Positions 29,901 through 37,467 of a stretch of 64,000 nucleotides of DNA are shown here, piece after piece (position 1 is the stretch's first letter; each line of letters begins with the position of its first letter). The stretch comes from a virus. A program made the position numbers and the translations under genes. Location: positions 96,001 through 160,000 of the IMG/VR virus record IMGVR_UViG_3300005288_000001; one strand, given 5' to 3'. The notes under the pieces were generated by a model. It saw only the letters and a list, made by a program, of their open reading frames with translations. It searched no databases and had not been told where the DNA came from.

Positions 29901-30364
29901 GCCAGAGTTGCTTGGTAGCCGTTTCCAGCTGTGATAACTTCCGATTCTACAAATGCCTTGGTTGTAGCAGTGTTACCTGAGTTCGTGTACTTAACATACA
30001 GAATATGTGGGTCGGTAGCTGTAGCTGGTGATACGAAGAAGACCGTGGCATCAACACCGGAAGTACCAGTGATAGTTTGACCAAGAAATTCGTTGATGTA
30101 TGAGTCAACGTTACTTCCAGCATAGGTATTCTGCAGCTTGATCAAGCTGACATTGTTATAGATACCTGTTTGGCCAGGGATGACCATGGCACCTTGCTTG
30201 AAGATTGCCGATCCATGGCGAGCGATTTGAGTCTGCAGAATGGTCTGCAGTTGGGTCAATTCACGAGCCTGAACTGGATAGCTTGGACGGAACAGAATCT
30301 TGTAGAATTTATCAGATTCTGCGTAGTCGTCGTTGTACGGATCGGTGTTGAAGTCTAGTGTCAT
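23939..30364 (-). CDS. Large virion structural protein (VrlC/DUF4815-like)
   Basis: PYNDDY, ILFRPSYPVQARELTQLQ, APGAHR, RYTMRDIGKLEQRI, DPLAQTF and GSLFKSQNASTW motifs. Confidence 0.9.
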   Translation of the reverse strand: MTLDFNTDPYNDDYAESDKFYKILFRPSYPVQARELTQLQTILQTQIARHGSAIFKQGAMVIPGQTGIYNNVSLIKLQNTYAGSNVDSYINEFLGQTITGTSGVDATVFFVSPATATDPHILYVKYTNSGNTATTKAFVESEVITAGNGYQATLAAVDATGAGSFAGVEQGVYFINGQFVLVEKQTIILDKFGVTPSYRIGLSVNESIVTPEQDEKLLDNAQGSYNYAAPGAHRHFIELVLEKRALDSVEDSNFVTLSVVDTGIVLRDTRTTEYSDLEKTLARRTFDESGSYTVRDFEIDVREYRNNDRGAWATATPYLAGDIVTSNGKLFTCITQGVSNVAPDATLVGTLVTDSLMVWEYTPNPVYNRGIFTPKVSETTLAAHQANEAKLAIGLEPGKAYVQGYEIEKIATEYVSTPKSRDINDPAVNNAVVTTNVGNFVYITYASSIPTTFGLVNLYDAFVVTPGTQPTANIVGTARVRGIEYNSTGFQKLFLFDVKMNTGYNFDRQVKSIGTSTNNFTANISGNVKALVGSISTSGTAMTGVGTSFLTDLIPGDIVYLPGTTVNLQIASIASQTSATLTAAPATQTGQAYGLITTRIVEPLAVDAIYPLPYYAVSSLADVNYSVYEPLTNVVSTGGGGATFTYTGGGTLGSGAGLTNYTFTANNTTFIPTSTNIVGNQVIITGAPASTTIQCLADVQYTGTLGVTEKVKTLTGQSTIFSTAAAAASILTLDKADGYKLSRVEMDTSVAFGGAPTWASTTDITDRYEFFTGQTESYYGPAYLKLKGSYAPPTNPIRVTFQYFTHGTGHFFSKNSYAAIDYKLIPKFNDIELRDALDFRPRSDDGVTIAGTLPVKRGVNITADVQYYLSRKDLLAMDSAGRFYITEGESSISPKQPPLDANSMLLYGLTYQPYTFGSGSENVLISKTDNKRYTMRDIGKLEQRISNLEYYTSLSLLEQETASLSIRDSAGLERYKNGFIVDSFKGNGIGDSNSPDYVASTDPLAGELRPYFVMHNVNMLEQAVSEPERLASNYKLYGDVITLPLDPATPHVVLVDQPYGTRTENVNPFAVFTFLGDVSINPASDDWFEVNRLPDIVQSVEGNYSQLTSTLATQGVLGTVWNGWQTQWTGQPVLTNSQLTSVALAVVGRWTAAIATRTDTYATTVGQTRSGTTTSVIPTYTNTTIGDRVVSSQVIPYIRSRNILVQVKRLKPYTQFYPFFDGVKIDNYVAAATTITYTLTSSKTFDVDSNVGSNQLQAARMINGDSQVCLNKGDVITTSNGATAVVVGSSIDNGVRSLSVLNVIGTLTVGNTFSGSIQDASLNVATGTILSVTSFGMISNNNGDLNFLFNIPNTDSVAFRTGTRELLLLDQPQNDVNVTSRARGSYFAEGIMETKQATILSVRNGEVSTSTVGDSRTIIETSDRVITAAGLAGNGALALAVRDADGNITTSVTSTGAQDPLAQTFYIQNTGGAFLSKIDIFFAKKDANIPVTMELREVVNGYPGIKVLPFSRVTLKPEQVNVSSTNVMLNGVLTPAADTPTTFEFPSPVYVQDGAQYAIVLMAETQNYIVWISQMGETVPGTERTVSEQPNLGSLFKSQNASTWTPDQSQDLMFKVWRAKFDVGTAEAPTQGLIRFVNDQIPLVTLDNNPFEVRAGSQSIRIHLPDHGLVDNALVTITPASYAIGTGITTTSGSTAVTSTTSFATQGVLVNSTLYTSTRQFIGVVSAVAGTSITLYAGAALTLINQPFAFVNSPIAGIVASDIYRQHLIVPAGLQADSFIITTSGTPTVTGYFGGAGNRASRCIQYDVFQPCIQALNFPETATAYNIWGTSGKSINSTTQVPIIGEPYSTPVAVNDNNVLGSPKLILNRETEIAYFSGDYSLWFDVSMKSSNDALSPIIDTQRISFVMVSNRINNPTETNMNVAGLDNQLVASNNLIQLDTAGRLFSADSATGLLLASIPIGRYLTIAGASSAGNNATYLVIGTSPTNGVYLRNASTNSTTTVAQGSGVSVITVTQRITMVSEIAAIGSSSLSKYVTQRINLENSSTYLRIRMAVMLPTEAAVEVYYRLSSSGSTTDLSKVPYTLVNPDAVIPYSFTAFTDVNFTLTNLVPFDGISLKIVMKSTNSSMVPRIKDLRVIACA

Positions 30365-30371
30365 AGAAAAC

Positions 30372-30379
30372 TATTTAGG
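30372..30379 (-). promoter_or_regulatory. Late promoter CCTAAATA
   Basis: 7 nt upstream of the ATG at 30364. Confidence 0.7.
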
Positions 30380-30386
30380 TTACAAA

Positions 30387-33047
30387 TTAGAACTTAAAGA
30401 CAGTGCTAATTGTAATTTTCTCGGATGTGTCGTCCATTGGAGTGAACGGAATTTGATTGTCTTGATAGAGCAAATCACCAGAGTATTTATCAAGAGTAGG
30501 AGCAGTAATAGTGGCAGCTGAGAATGAATCTCCGCCATAATTGAAAACATCTCCTACAACTGGAATCGCATTGTCCATAGATTGCAATACGATAGAATTC
30601 GTAGCACTATGAATAACACGATAACGAACCGAGAAGTTAAAGCGCAGAGTAGCACCGTTCACAACACCAGCAATTGGCGATGATACAGTGATCGTCTGAA
30701 CAGTAATATCAGTAATCACAGTTCCCAGGACAGCTCCAGGAGCAGCCACAGGCATACCAACAGACAAACCAGCTACCGAAGACAAAGTAAATTGTGTACC
30801 GGAGATAGCATTGGTAACCGTTGGGTTAATAGAGTTAGTTAGCGGAATGACAGTGACAACTGTATCAGCAACAAAGCTCGCAGGAACCGTAGTGGTCGGT
30901 GAAGCCGTCCAGCAAGCACTTAGCGTTGAAGCTGTGGCGAAGACTGGGGCACCAAATCCATATGGATTCTTGATCAGACCGAATTGACGGTAATCAGCTT
31001 CAAGCGAAATACCATTGACCAAGTCCTTAGATACACCCGAATGGAACATCAATGTGCGCGTGAACAGGCTTCGAACAGCGTTCTTACTGTGGCCACCATA
31101 AGGTCCGATGATCGCACGAGCCGAAGCACCTGTACCACCGCCACCTGTAATTACAATTTCAACCTTCTTGTATCCTGAACCTGGAATGGTCACATTGATT
31201 CCACTAACACGACCAGCGGAGATTGTTGCCACAGCCGAAGCTCCGGTGCCATCACCACGAATCGATACAGTTGGAATAGTCGTGTAACCATAACCACCGG
31301 AAACTACTGGGATGGTATAGATAGCTCCGTCTACCGAAGTCAATTCTGTATTGGATTGAAGAGTAGAAACGTCGCCAAAAAGCAAGTCTACTTCCAGAAC
31401 CGCACCAGTACCTGTTCCAGTAACTGTGATATCTGCTTCGTTGTATCCGACGCCTGATTCAACGATAATCGTTCCGGTAATTCCACCGCTTTGGATGATA
31501 GGAAAGATACGAGCTTCAGACTTAGATGCAATGGAGTTCACAACTGCTGGAGTCGTGATAGTTCCTGTGCCAGTTACAGCGATAGTTGGAGCTGATTGGT
31601 AACCTGCACCTGATTGTCCAAGAACAACACCAACCGCACCAGTACCACCTCCACCAAAGCTGGTGACGGTTGGAAGAGCGGTCAATTGGTTATAAGCGCG
31701 ATTGGTAATATCGACTCGGTAAATCTTACCGTTCTTGGCGTATGAAACACCAGTAACTGCAGGATTGCTGAAGGTCATCGTGTTAGGACCGTTGGAGTAA
31801 CCAGTACCACCAGCAGTAACTTCCACACCACGAACACCTTGGAGCAGCGTTGTGCTATTGATCGCACCGGCGGAAACCGTTGCAGTCGCTTCGGCAGTCA
31901 TACCAACAAACTTATAGAAGACCGAACCCTGCGCAACCGAACCTGATTGGTGAGTTGGTGGAGTAGCAGTTGAGATACCACCAACGGTGATTTCGTAGAA
32001 GTTCTTCAGGTATGAAACGAACTGTCCAACAACGTAGCTTCGACCAGAAGCCCAAGCACTTGAGTTCTTTACTGGAGGACTGAACGTCAGAGTTGCTGCA
32101 GTGTAGCCTGCGCCAGCAGTGGCCACAGTTAGACCTGTAACGTAAAATGGGTTCTCCGGTAGATAACCGTCGCCAGATACAACCAGCTTTGTAGATTCGT
32201 CGTAGCCCGAACCCATCGAATCGATACGAATATTGCGGATTTCACCTGACGAATAGAACTGACTCTTCAGGGAAGTTGCAACCGGAATGTACTTCGATGT
32301 TAGGAACTTGGTACGCAGAGCGATAGGAATAGTCAGCAAGAATTTCCAGACATAGCCGTCGCTGGTCTTCAGCGGGCTGGCGGAAGTACCGTATGGTTGT
32401 TCCGTAGAGATTGCACCAGCGTTGTTATCGATACAGACGTAGACATTGAAGTCATCGGTCATCACGTAAAACTGTGAGTCTTCAAGACGAACAACGTTAT
32501 TCTGAGCAACAGCTAGAACACCTGTTGCAGTTGCACCAATACCACCTCCGCCAGTGAACGAAATCGTCAATGGATTGGTAGTTGAGTTGGTGTAGCCGCT
32601 TCCGCCAGAGGTTACTGTAACGCTCGTAATACGACCGGTAGATGCAGAGATAGTTGCAGTAGCACGGGCGTCAGAACCAGTTCCGGTAATGTTTACGGCT
32701 GGCGCAGTAGTGTATCCCGAACCACCTGACAAGAGGTTGATGCCAACCAGGGCTGTAGAATATTGGTCGTCATAACGATCATAGATGTTATTGACCTTCC
32801 AGTCGATACGACGAATAACCAGGCTTGCGTCGTTACTCTGAATCTGCTTCGCGTAGATGATATCCGCACGAGTATCAAGTTCATTCTTGTAGCTATCCAG
32901 GACAGCGAATGGCATGAAATCAATATCCCATGGCTGGGTGCGGCCAAGGAAGTAAAAGAAGCGACTTGTCTTGTTGTTGATTTCGTTCAGGATCGCATCC
33001 GCAACAGCACCCTTTAGATTTGTTTTGATCAGGACAGAGTTAGCCAT
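30387..33047 (-). CDS. gp8: Baseplate wedge subunit gp8-like, extended by GxGY repeats and a CBM-like insert
   Basis: VIRRIDW..YD.Y, FYVMTDDFNVYVCIDN, DGYVWKFL, DYRQFGLIKNP and YSGDLLY motifs. Likely start MANSVL. Confidence 0.85.
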   Translation of the reverse strand: MANSVLIKTNLKGAVADAILNEINNKTSRFFYFLGRTQPWDIDFMPFAVLDSYKNELDTRADIIYAKQIQSNDASLVIRRIDWKVNNIYDRYDDQYSTALVGINLLSGGSGYTTAPAVNITGTGSDARATATISASTGRITSVTVTSGGSGYTNSTTNPLTISFTGGGGIGATATGVLAVAQNNVVRLEDSQFYVMTDDFNVYVCIDNNAGAISTEQPYGTSASPLKTSDGYVWKFLLTIPIALRTKFLTSKYIPVATSLKSQFYSSGEIRNIRIDSMGSGYDESTKLVVSGDGYLPENPFYVTGLTVATAGAGYTAATLTFSPPVKNSSAWASGRSYVVGQFVSYLKNFYEITVGGISTATPPTHQSGSVAQGSVFYKFVGMTAEATATVSAGAINSTTLLQGVRGVEVTAGGTGYSNGPNTMTFSNPAVTGVSYAKNGKIYRVDITNRAYNQLTALPTVTSFGGGGTGAVGVVLGQSGAGYQSAPTIAVTGTGTITTPAVVNSIASKSEARIFPIIQSGGITGTIIVESGVGYNEADITVTGTGTGAVLEVDLLFGDVSTLQSNTELTSVDGAIYTIPVVSGGYGYTTIPTVSIRGDGTGASAVATISAGRVSGINVTIPGSGYKKVEIVITGGGGTGASARAIIGPYGGHSKNAVRSLFTRTLMFHSGVSKDLVNGISLEADYRQFGLIKNPYGFGAPVFATASTLSACWTASPTTTVPASFVADTVVTVIPLTNSINPTVTNAISGTQFTLSSVAGLSVGMPVAAPGAVLGTVITDITVQTITVSSPIAGVVNGATLRFNFSVRYRVIHSATNSIVLQSMDNAIPVVGDVFNYGGDSFSAATITAPTLDKYSGDLLYQDNQIPFTPMDDTSEKITISTVFKF

Positions 33048-33048
33048 A

Positions 33049-33504
33049 TTATACGATAGAGATAGTCCAGATGAAGACAATATTGTCGCCAGCTGCTTTG
33101 TTGATTGCGGAGAAGGTGGTGCGGCTCAGCATAGTTCCACCAGAAGAGGCGCTAAAGATTCCAGCTTCAAGAATGTTGGGGTTCGTACCAGTACCAGCTG
33201 GGAACGTTGCAACGAATTGAACGTTGTTTGCAGATGGTGTACCACCGGCAACTCCAACAGCAACACGTGCAATTTCGGTCGTCAGGGCAATATCAGTTGC
33301 CAGAGGCGCAGAAAGAGCCGAAGGGGCACCGATCGCCATATGGGTCATAGGCGCCACCACGTTTCCGGCCATACGGCTGGCAATGAATGCCTTACCAGTA
33401 TCCACCACCAGATTCTTAATGACACGATCCTCGATCAAATCTCCATCAGCATTGTAATGAAGAATTTGGAGATAGCCAATAGCGGAGACTTTATCTTTAA
33501 ACAT
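33049..33504 (-). CDS. Small beta-sandwich baseplate/fibre adaptor protein
   Basis: NLVVDTGK, THMAIG, EAGIFSASSGGTML and WTI motifs. Confidence 0.8.
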   Translation of the reverse strand: MFKDKVSAIGYLQILHYNADGDLIEDRVIKNLVVDTGKAFIASRMAGNVVAPMTHMAIGAPSALSAPLATDIALTTEIARVAVGVAGGTPSANNVQFVATFPAGTGTNPNILEAGIFSASSGGTMLSRTTFSAINKAAGDNIVFIWTISIV

Positions 33505-33508
33505 GAGT

Positions 33509-33516
33509 TATTTAGG
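33509..33516 (-). promoter_or_regulatory. Late promoter CCTAAATA
   Basis: 4 nt upstream of ATG 33504. Confidence 0.7.
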
Positions 33517-36013
33517 CCATCAGTGAGAAATCGCCGACCGCTGTACTGCGGGCAACATAAACTGTAGTGTTATCCGTACGACGAACAATTTCGCCAGCGT
33601 ACATTGGAGTTGCTGCAGCGAGGGTTGTTGCGTTGGCAAAACGACGACGCATATCCGTAATCAGAGTCGATGGTGACGAACTACCGTAGTCGTGGACAAC
33701 ACGATCAAAGAAGAACTTACCAATTTCAGCGAAGTACGTATCGTCAGTCAGAGTTACAGTCGAAGCTGTTGACCAGGTACGAACAGTGGTACGTGCCTTC
33801 AGCAACGCACCGGAAGCCTTGAAGACCTTAATCTTACGAGTAGTCGCTCCGATCAGGGAGAACAATTCAACCAAGATATCATAGGTGCGAAGACCTGTCA
33901 TGTCGAATTCTTCAGTATCGGATCCAGAAGACGCCAAGTCAATCAGCCATGCGCGGTAGCAGGTTTCAACAGTTCCGTCAAGAACCATATTACGGAAGCC
34001 TTGCGTACGAAGCGCCGAGATCATGTTGGTGCACTGGATGAAGTTGATACGAACGTTCTTGGTAGCAGCGTTACAACGAAGACGAACACCGTTGAAGTTT
34101 CCTGCCGTATTAGTTCCATCAAGAACCAGGTTCACGGCGCGGAAGTTATCCATAACATAGTTCGCCATGGTGCTCGAAACGTCAAGCAACGCGTGGTCGT
34201 CAGTACCAGTTAGAGCAGAACGAATGTCATTTGCCGTCAGTTCAATGCTGATGTTGCTCGCTGCACCAGTGATGGAACCACCAGATGGAAGATAACGAGT
34301 AACCAAAACCGCACGGTCGGCCACGCAATTGTAAACCTTAGCCTTCAAGTTTACGTCGTGTGGTGGTAGCGAGTTGAAGTTTGCATCATTGATAATTGTA
34401 ATTGGGTCGGACGTGCAACCTTCAATTTCCAGATCAGCGTTAACGCAAGACGTTAGCAGAGCGCCCTTACCAAAGTTGTTCTGCTTAGCACCAGCCGAAG
34501 TCAGATTACACATCGCCTTTCCACGAACGGTGGAAGTGAAGTCGCCAGCCATAGCCATTGGGTTGGTCGCAGAAGTGTATCCATTACCACTGAACGAGAA
34601 GCAAACAACAGCCATTGGGGCCATCCATGCAGGGTCAGTTGGCTTGTCTTGGTAGGCTACAAAGTCGAGTTCGTATTGTCCCATTTCAGCCCAAACGTGC
34701 GATGGAGCAAAGAACGGATCACCGTTTGTATCAACACCAATCAGACGCTTGTAGCCAACGTTGCGCGAAGAGCAACGTTGAATACGACCTGGGAAGCAAG
34801 CGCGAATGAACCATGATTCAACGCCACAATCCTCAGCCTTGCAATCTATGATGTTGATGCTACGATTGATTTGTGCGTAGGTTGTTACAGGAATCGATGG
34901 CATTAGCAGCAGGGCTGCGGTGAAAGTCGTCAGAATTTCACGGAATTGAATACCGGCGCGGTCACCAAATCCGGTAGGAAGCATGGTGGTTGGGTAGGCG
35001 TCCGAGGCACCGTCGCGGAGGTGCGAACAATTGATAGCAGTGAAATTCGTGCATCCGCCACCAGTCATACCGTTCGTGGCACTGTCTTGTGTACGAACAC
35101 CGTTAACCAGAACATTTTCGCACTGCCAGAAGACCAGGCCATTCAGATATGCGTTCTTGACCAGGCCGTTTTCAATGTAGATATTACGAGCTGGAGTTGT
35201 GTTATCAGTTGCTGGCGTGAACTCAAAGATACCGTTCGTACGACGACCAGCAGCACCAATGGATGTTGCGCCACGGCCGAAATCACTGTTCGTTGTAGGA
35301 TACGTTTGGTTGTCACGGTTGCCGTCAGCGGTCCAAGTTCCTAGGAGCGAGAATCCTTGAACACCCTGAACACGCATGAATGCTGTAAAGTTGCCGCGCG
35401 AACCGTTCGTGTTAGTGATAGCTCCGTTGGCAATCTTGAACGTTGTATTCCAGCAGCGCCATACATGGCAACTGTTGTTGAGAATAGTTTCGCCGGTCGT
35501 GATTGTATACGTGCGTTCTGGGAAGTCCAGAGCCTTGGCGCTGTTTACAGCTGCCTGGATAGTTTGAGCGTCGGTGAAACCAGCCTTACGGAACTCTTCA
35601 ACGTTGACGAAGTCAAGTTGACGATCTTTTTGTGTACGTGTGACGTAATCAGTTCCTAGCTTGTAGGCAAGGATAGCGAAACCGTCGGTTTGTGGCGAAG
35701 CATTCAGACCAGCAATGAACGTGTCCGTATTAGGAACCGTACCTGCCTTGAATGTGGTGATACCTGAATTGGTAGTTCCAAGATTCGTCGTGAGCGTCGA
35801 TAAGGCATCACTAACGTTTCCAGCACCATGTCCAACATAGGTCGAACCAACTGTCGAAGCAATGTTATTGTCGAATGCCTGCAGTTGCGCAGTACGATTA
35901 GCCAATGCCTGCGCTTGGGCATTCATTGGACCCGATGGACCAGCTAAAGCCTGTGTTGTAGTCTCCAAGCGAATAACATCATCCCATGAAGGAACGGGTA
36001 CTAGATTTGTCAT
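33512..36013 (-). CDS. Tailspike / depolymerase-type tail fibre
   Basis: Fibre anchor NAQAQALANRT; FVNVEEF..AQTIQAAVN..DFPERTY beta-helix cap; long beta-rich body. Confidence 0.8.
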   Translation of the reverse strand: MTNLVPVPSWDDVIRLETTTQALAGPSGPMNAQAQALANRTAQLQAFDNNIASTVGSTYVGHGAGNVSDALSTLTTNLGTTNSGITTFKAGTVPNTDTFIAGLNASPQTDGFAILAYKLGTDYVTRTQKDRQLDFVNVEEFRKAGFTDAQTIQAAVNSAKALDFPERTYTITTGETILNNSCHVWRCWNTTFKIANGAITNTNGSRGNFTAFMRVQGVQGFSLLGTWTADGNRDNQTYPTTNSDFGRGATSIGAAGRRTNGIFEFTPATDNTTPARNIYIENGLVKNAYLNGLVFWQCENVLVNGVRTQDSATNGMTGGGCTNFTAINCSHLRDGASDAYPTTMLPTGFGDRAGIQFREILTTFTAALLLMPSIPVTTYAQINRSINIIDCKAEDCGVESWFIRACFPGRIQRCSSRNVGYKRLIGVDTNGDPFFAPSHVWAEMGQYELDFVAYQDKPTDPAWMAPMAVVCFSFSGNGYTSATNPMAMAGDFTSTVRGKAMCNLTSAGAKQNNFGKGALLTSCVNADLEIEGCTSDPITIINDANFNSLPPHDVNLKAKVYNCVADRAVLVTRYLPSGGSITGAASNISIELTANDIRSALTGTDDHALLDVSSTMANYVMDNFRAVNLVLDGTNTAGNFNGVRLRCNAATKNVRINFIQCTNMISALRTQGFRNMVLDGTVETCYRAWLIDLASSGSDTEEFDMTGLRTYDILVELFSLIGATTRKIKVFKASGALLKARTTVRTWSTASTVTLTDDTYFAEIGKFFFDRVVHDYGSSSPSTLITDMRRRFANATTLAAATPMYAGEIVRRTDNTTVYVARSTAVGDFSLMA

Positions 36014-36030
36014 TTATTTCCTTATTCTAT

Positions 36031-36038
36031 TATTTATA
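36031..36038 (-). promoter_or_regulatory. Late promoter TATAAATA
   Basis: Perfect consensus upstream of the AAGGA SD of the tailspike gene. Confidence 0.85.
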
Positions 36039-37467
36039 CAGAATCGATTCCGTTTAGCAATTCAGAACCATCTAGAATCCAACTACCATCCAGGTACAGA
36101 TATCCCTTAGTTCCAGTGATAATTTCCGCCTCAACCTCAAAGCTCATATCCAATTCAACGTCAAGATTGAATTCGCCGAAGAGTGCGGTTCCGGCAGGGT
36201 GCAACAGGGACTTCAGAACGCCACTGTAATCATCAAGAGTTCGGTCAAGCTTCACAACATATGAGAAGACCTGGTAGTATTTGCTATCCTGGATGAACAT
36301 CGCATCGGATAGGAAACCTGAATTGGTTGAGAAGTATCCAGGAAACTTAACGACCGGTCCAGTCAAAACCTCAATGCTAGCTGCAGAATCGTCATCGACG
36401 ATAATTGCGGTACCAACGTCAAAGAACGAACCAAGAGGCTGACCAACGTAGCTGTTATCCCACACGTCCAAGTTAGACGTGTAATCATACTTCGTGATAA
36501 TACCATAGTCCGACAGAGGATCAGTTGTTTCTACCAACTGTAGATTATACGTTCCGGCGCTGTACGACGTGCTAAAACCAGGAGCAGTTGATGATTGCTC
36601 AATACTCTTGGCGAATAGCGATGTCGTGTACGAGGTAACGTAGTTGATACCAGCGCTGATCAATTCTGATTGTAGAATAGAACCTTCAGAGTCAACCTTC
36701 GTAATCTTAAGAACCGCACCAGTACCAGTGGAAGTATTGATCGAATACAACTCACCGATCTTAAAACCCTTCCCGCCGTAAGTCACAGTAATTTTGACTG
36801 TACTTGGAACGATTTCACCAACGAAGGTCATGGAATCGCCAACGTATTTGAATGCATCGCCTACGTTGATCTTACCAAAATAATTCTTGTTGATGTTGAT
36901 CTGGAACGTGTTAGGGTCGATGATCAGATTCTTATTATCATCATAGATCAGGACAGGATCAATCTTCTCAACGAAGACCTGAATAACAGTTCCGCCGCTG
37001 TTGATATTGATTAGCTTTCCGACCAGGGCTGCAGGATCGCCAATTTGTTCCGAGAAACGAACGAAGATAGAGAACGGTTGTACCCAGCGACCATCTGACG
37101 GGATGAGCATCTGCTGACCCGGATATGTGATGTCGGTTTCGCGACCATACAGCATACGGAACAGCAACTTGAACGATGACGAAGAACCCTTCGCATCATA
37201 CAAGTCTCGAATGTGAGAAGCCTTAAAACGATTGTTGGCGATATCAAATGGAATCTTTGGGGCGATTTCAGATTTGATGTGCTCAACAAATTCAGCGACC
37301 GATTCATCCAAGTCACGAATGGTATCCATGTCTACTATGACACCTGTCTCATCCAGATAGTCGTAGTATGCCTGAATGAACGCAACGAACGTTTGATATT
37401 CGGTTCGTACAAATTCCGGCAATTGGGCCGGAATCAGATCAGAGATTTTTACTCGGTCTAGTGCCAT
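36034..37467 (-). CDS. gp7: Baseplate wedge subunit, short gp7-like
   Basis: QLPEFVR.EY..FV.F..AYY, KGSSSSFKLLFRMLY, IQDSKYYQVFSYV and LLHPAG motifs. Confidence 0.85.
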   Translation of the reverse strand: MALDRVKISDLIPAQLPEFVRTEYQTFVAFIQAYYDYLDETGVIVDMDTIRDLDESVAEFVEHIKSEIAPKIPFDIANNRFKASHIRDLYDAKGSSSSFKLLFRMLYGRETDITYPGQQMLIPSDGRWVQPFSIFVRFSEQIGDPAALVGKLININSGGTVIQVFVEKIDPVLIYDDNKNLIIDPNTFQININKNYFGKINVGDAFKYVGDSMTFVGEIVPSTVKITVTYGGKGFKIGELYSINTSTGTGAVLKITKVDSEGSILQSELISAGINYVTSYTTSLFAKSIEQSSTAPGFSTSYSAGTYNLQLVETTDPLSDYGIITKYDYTSNLDVWDNSYVGQPLGSFFDVGTAIIVDDDSAASIEVLTGPVVKFPGYFSTNSGFLSDAMFIQDSKYYQVFSYVVKLDRTLDDYSGVLKSLLHPAGTALFGEFNLDVELDMSFEVEAEIITGTKGYLYLDGSWILDGSELLNGIDSV

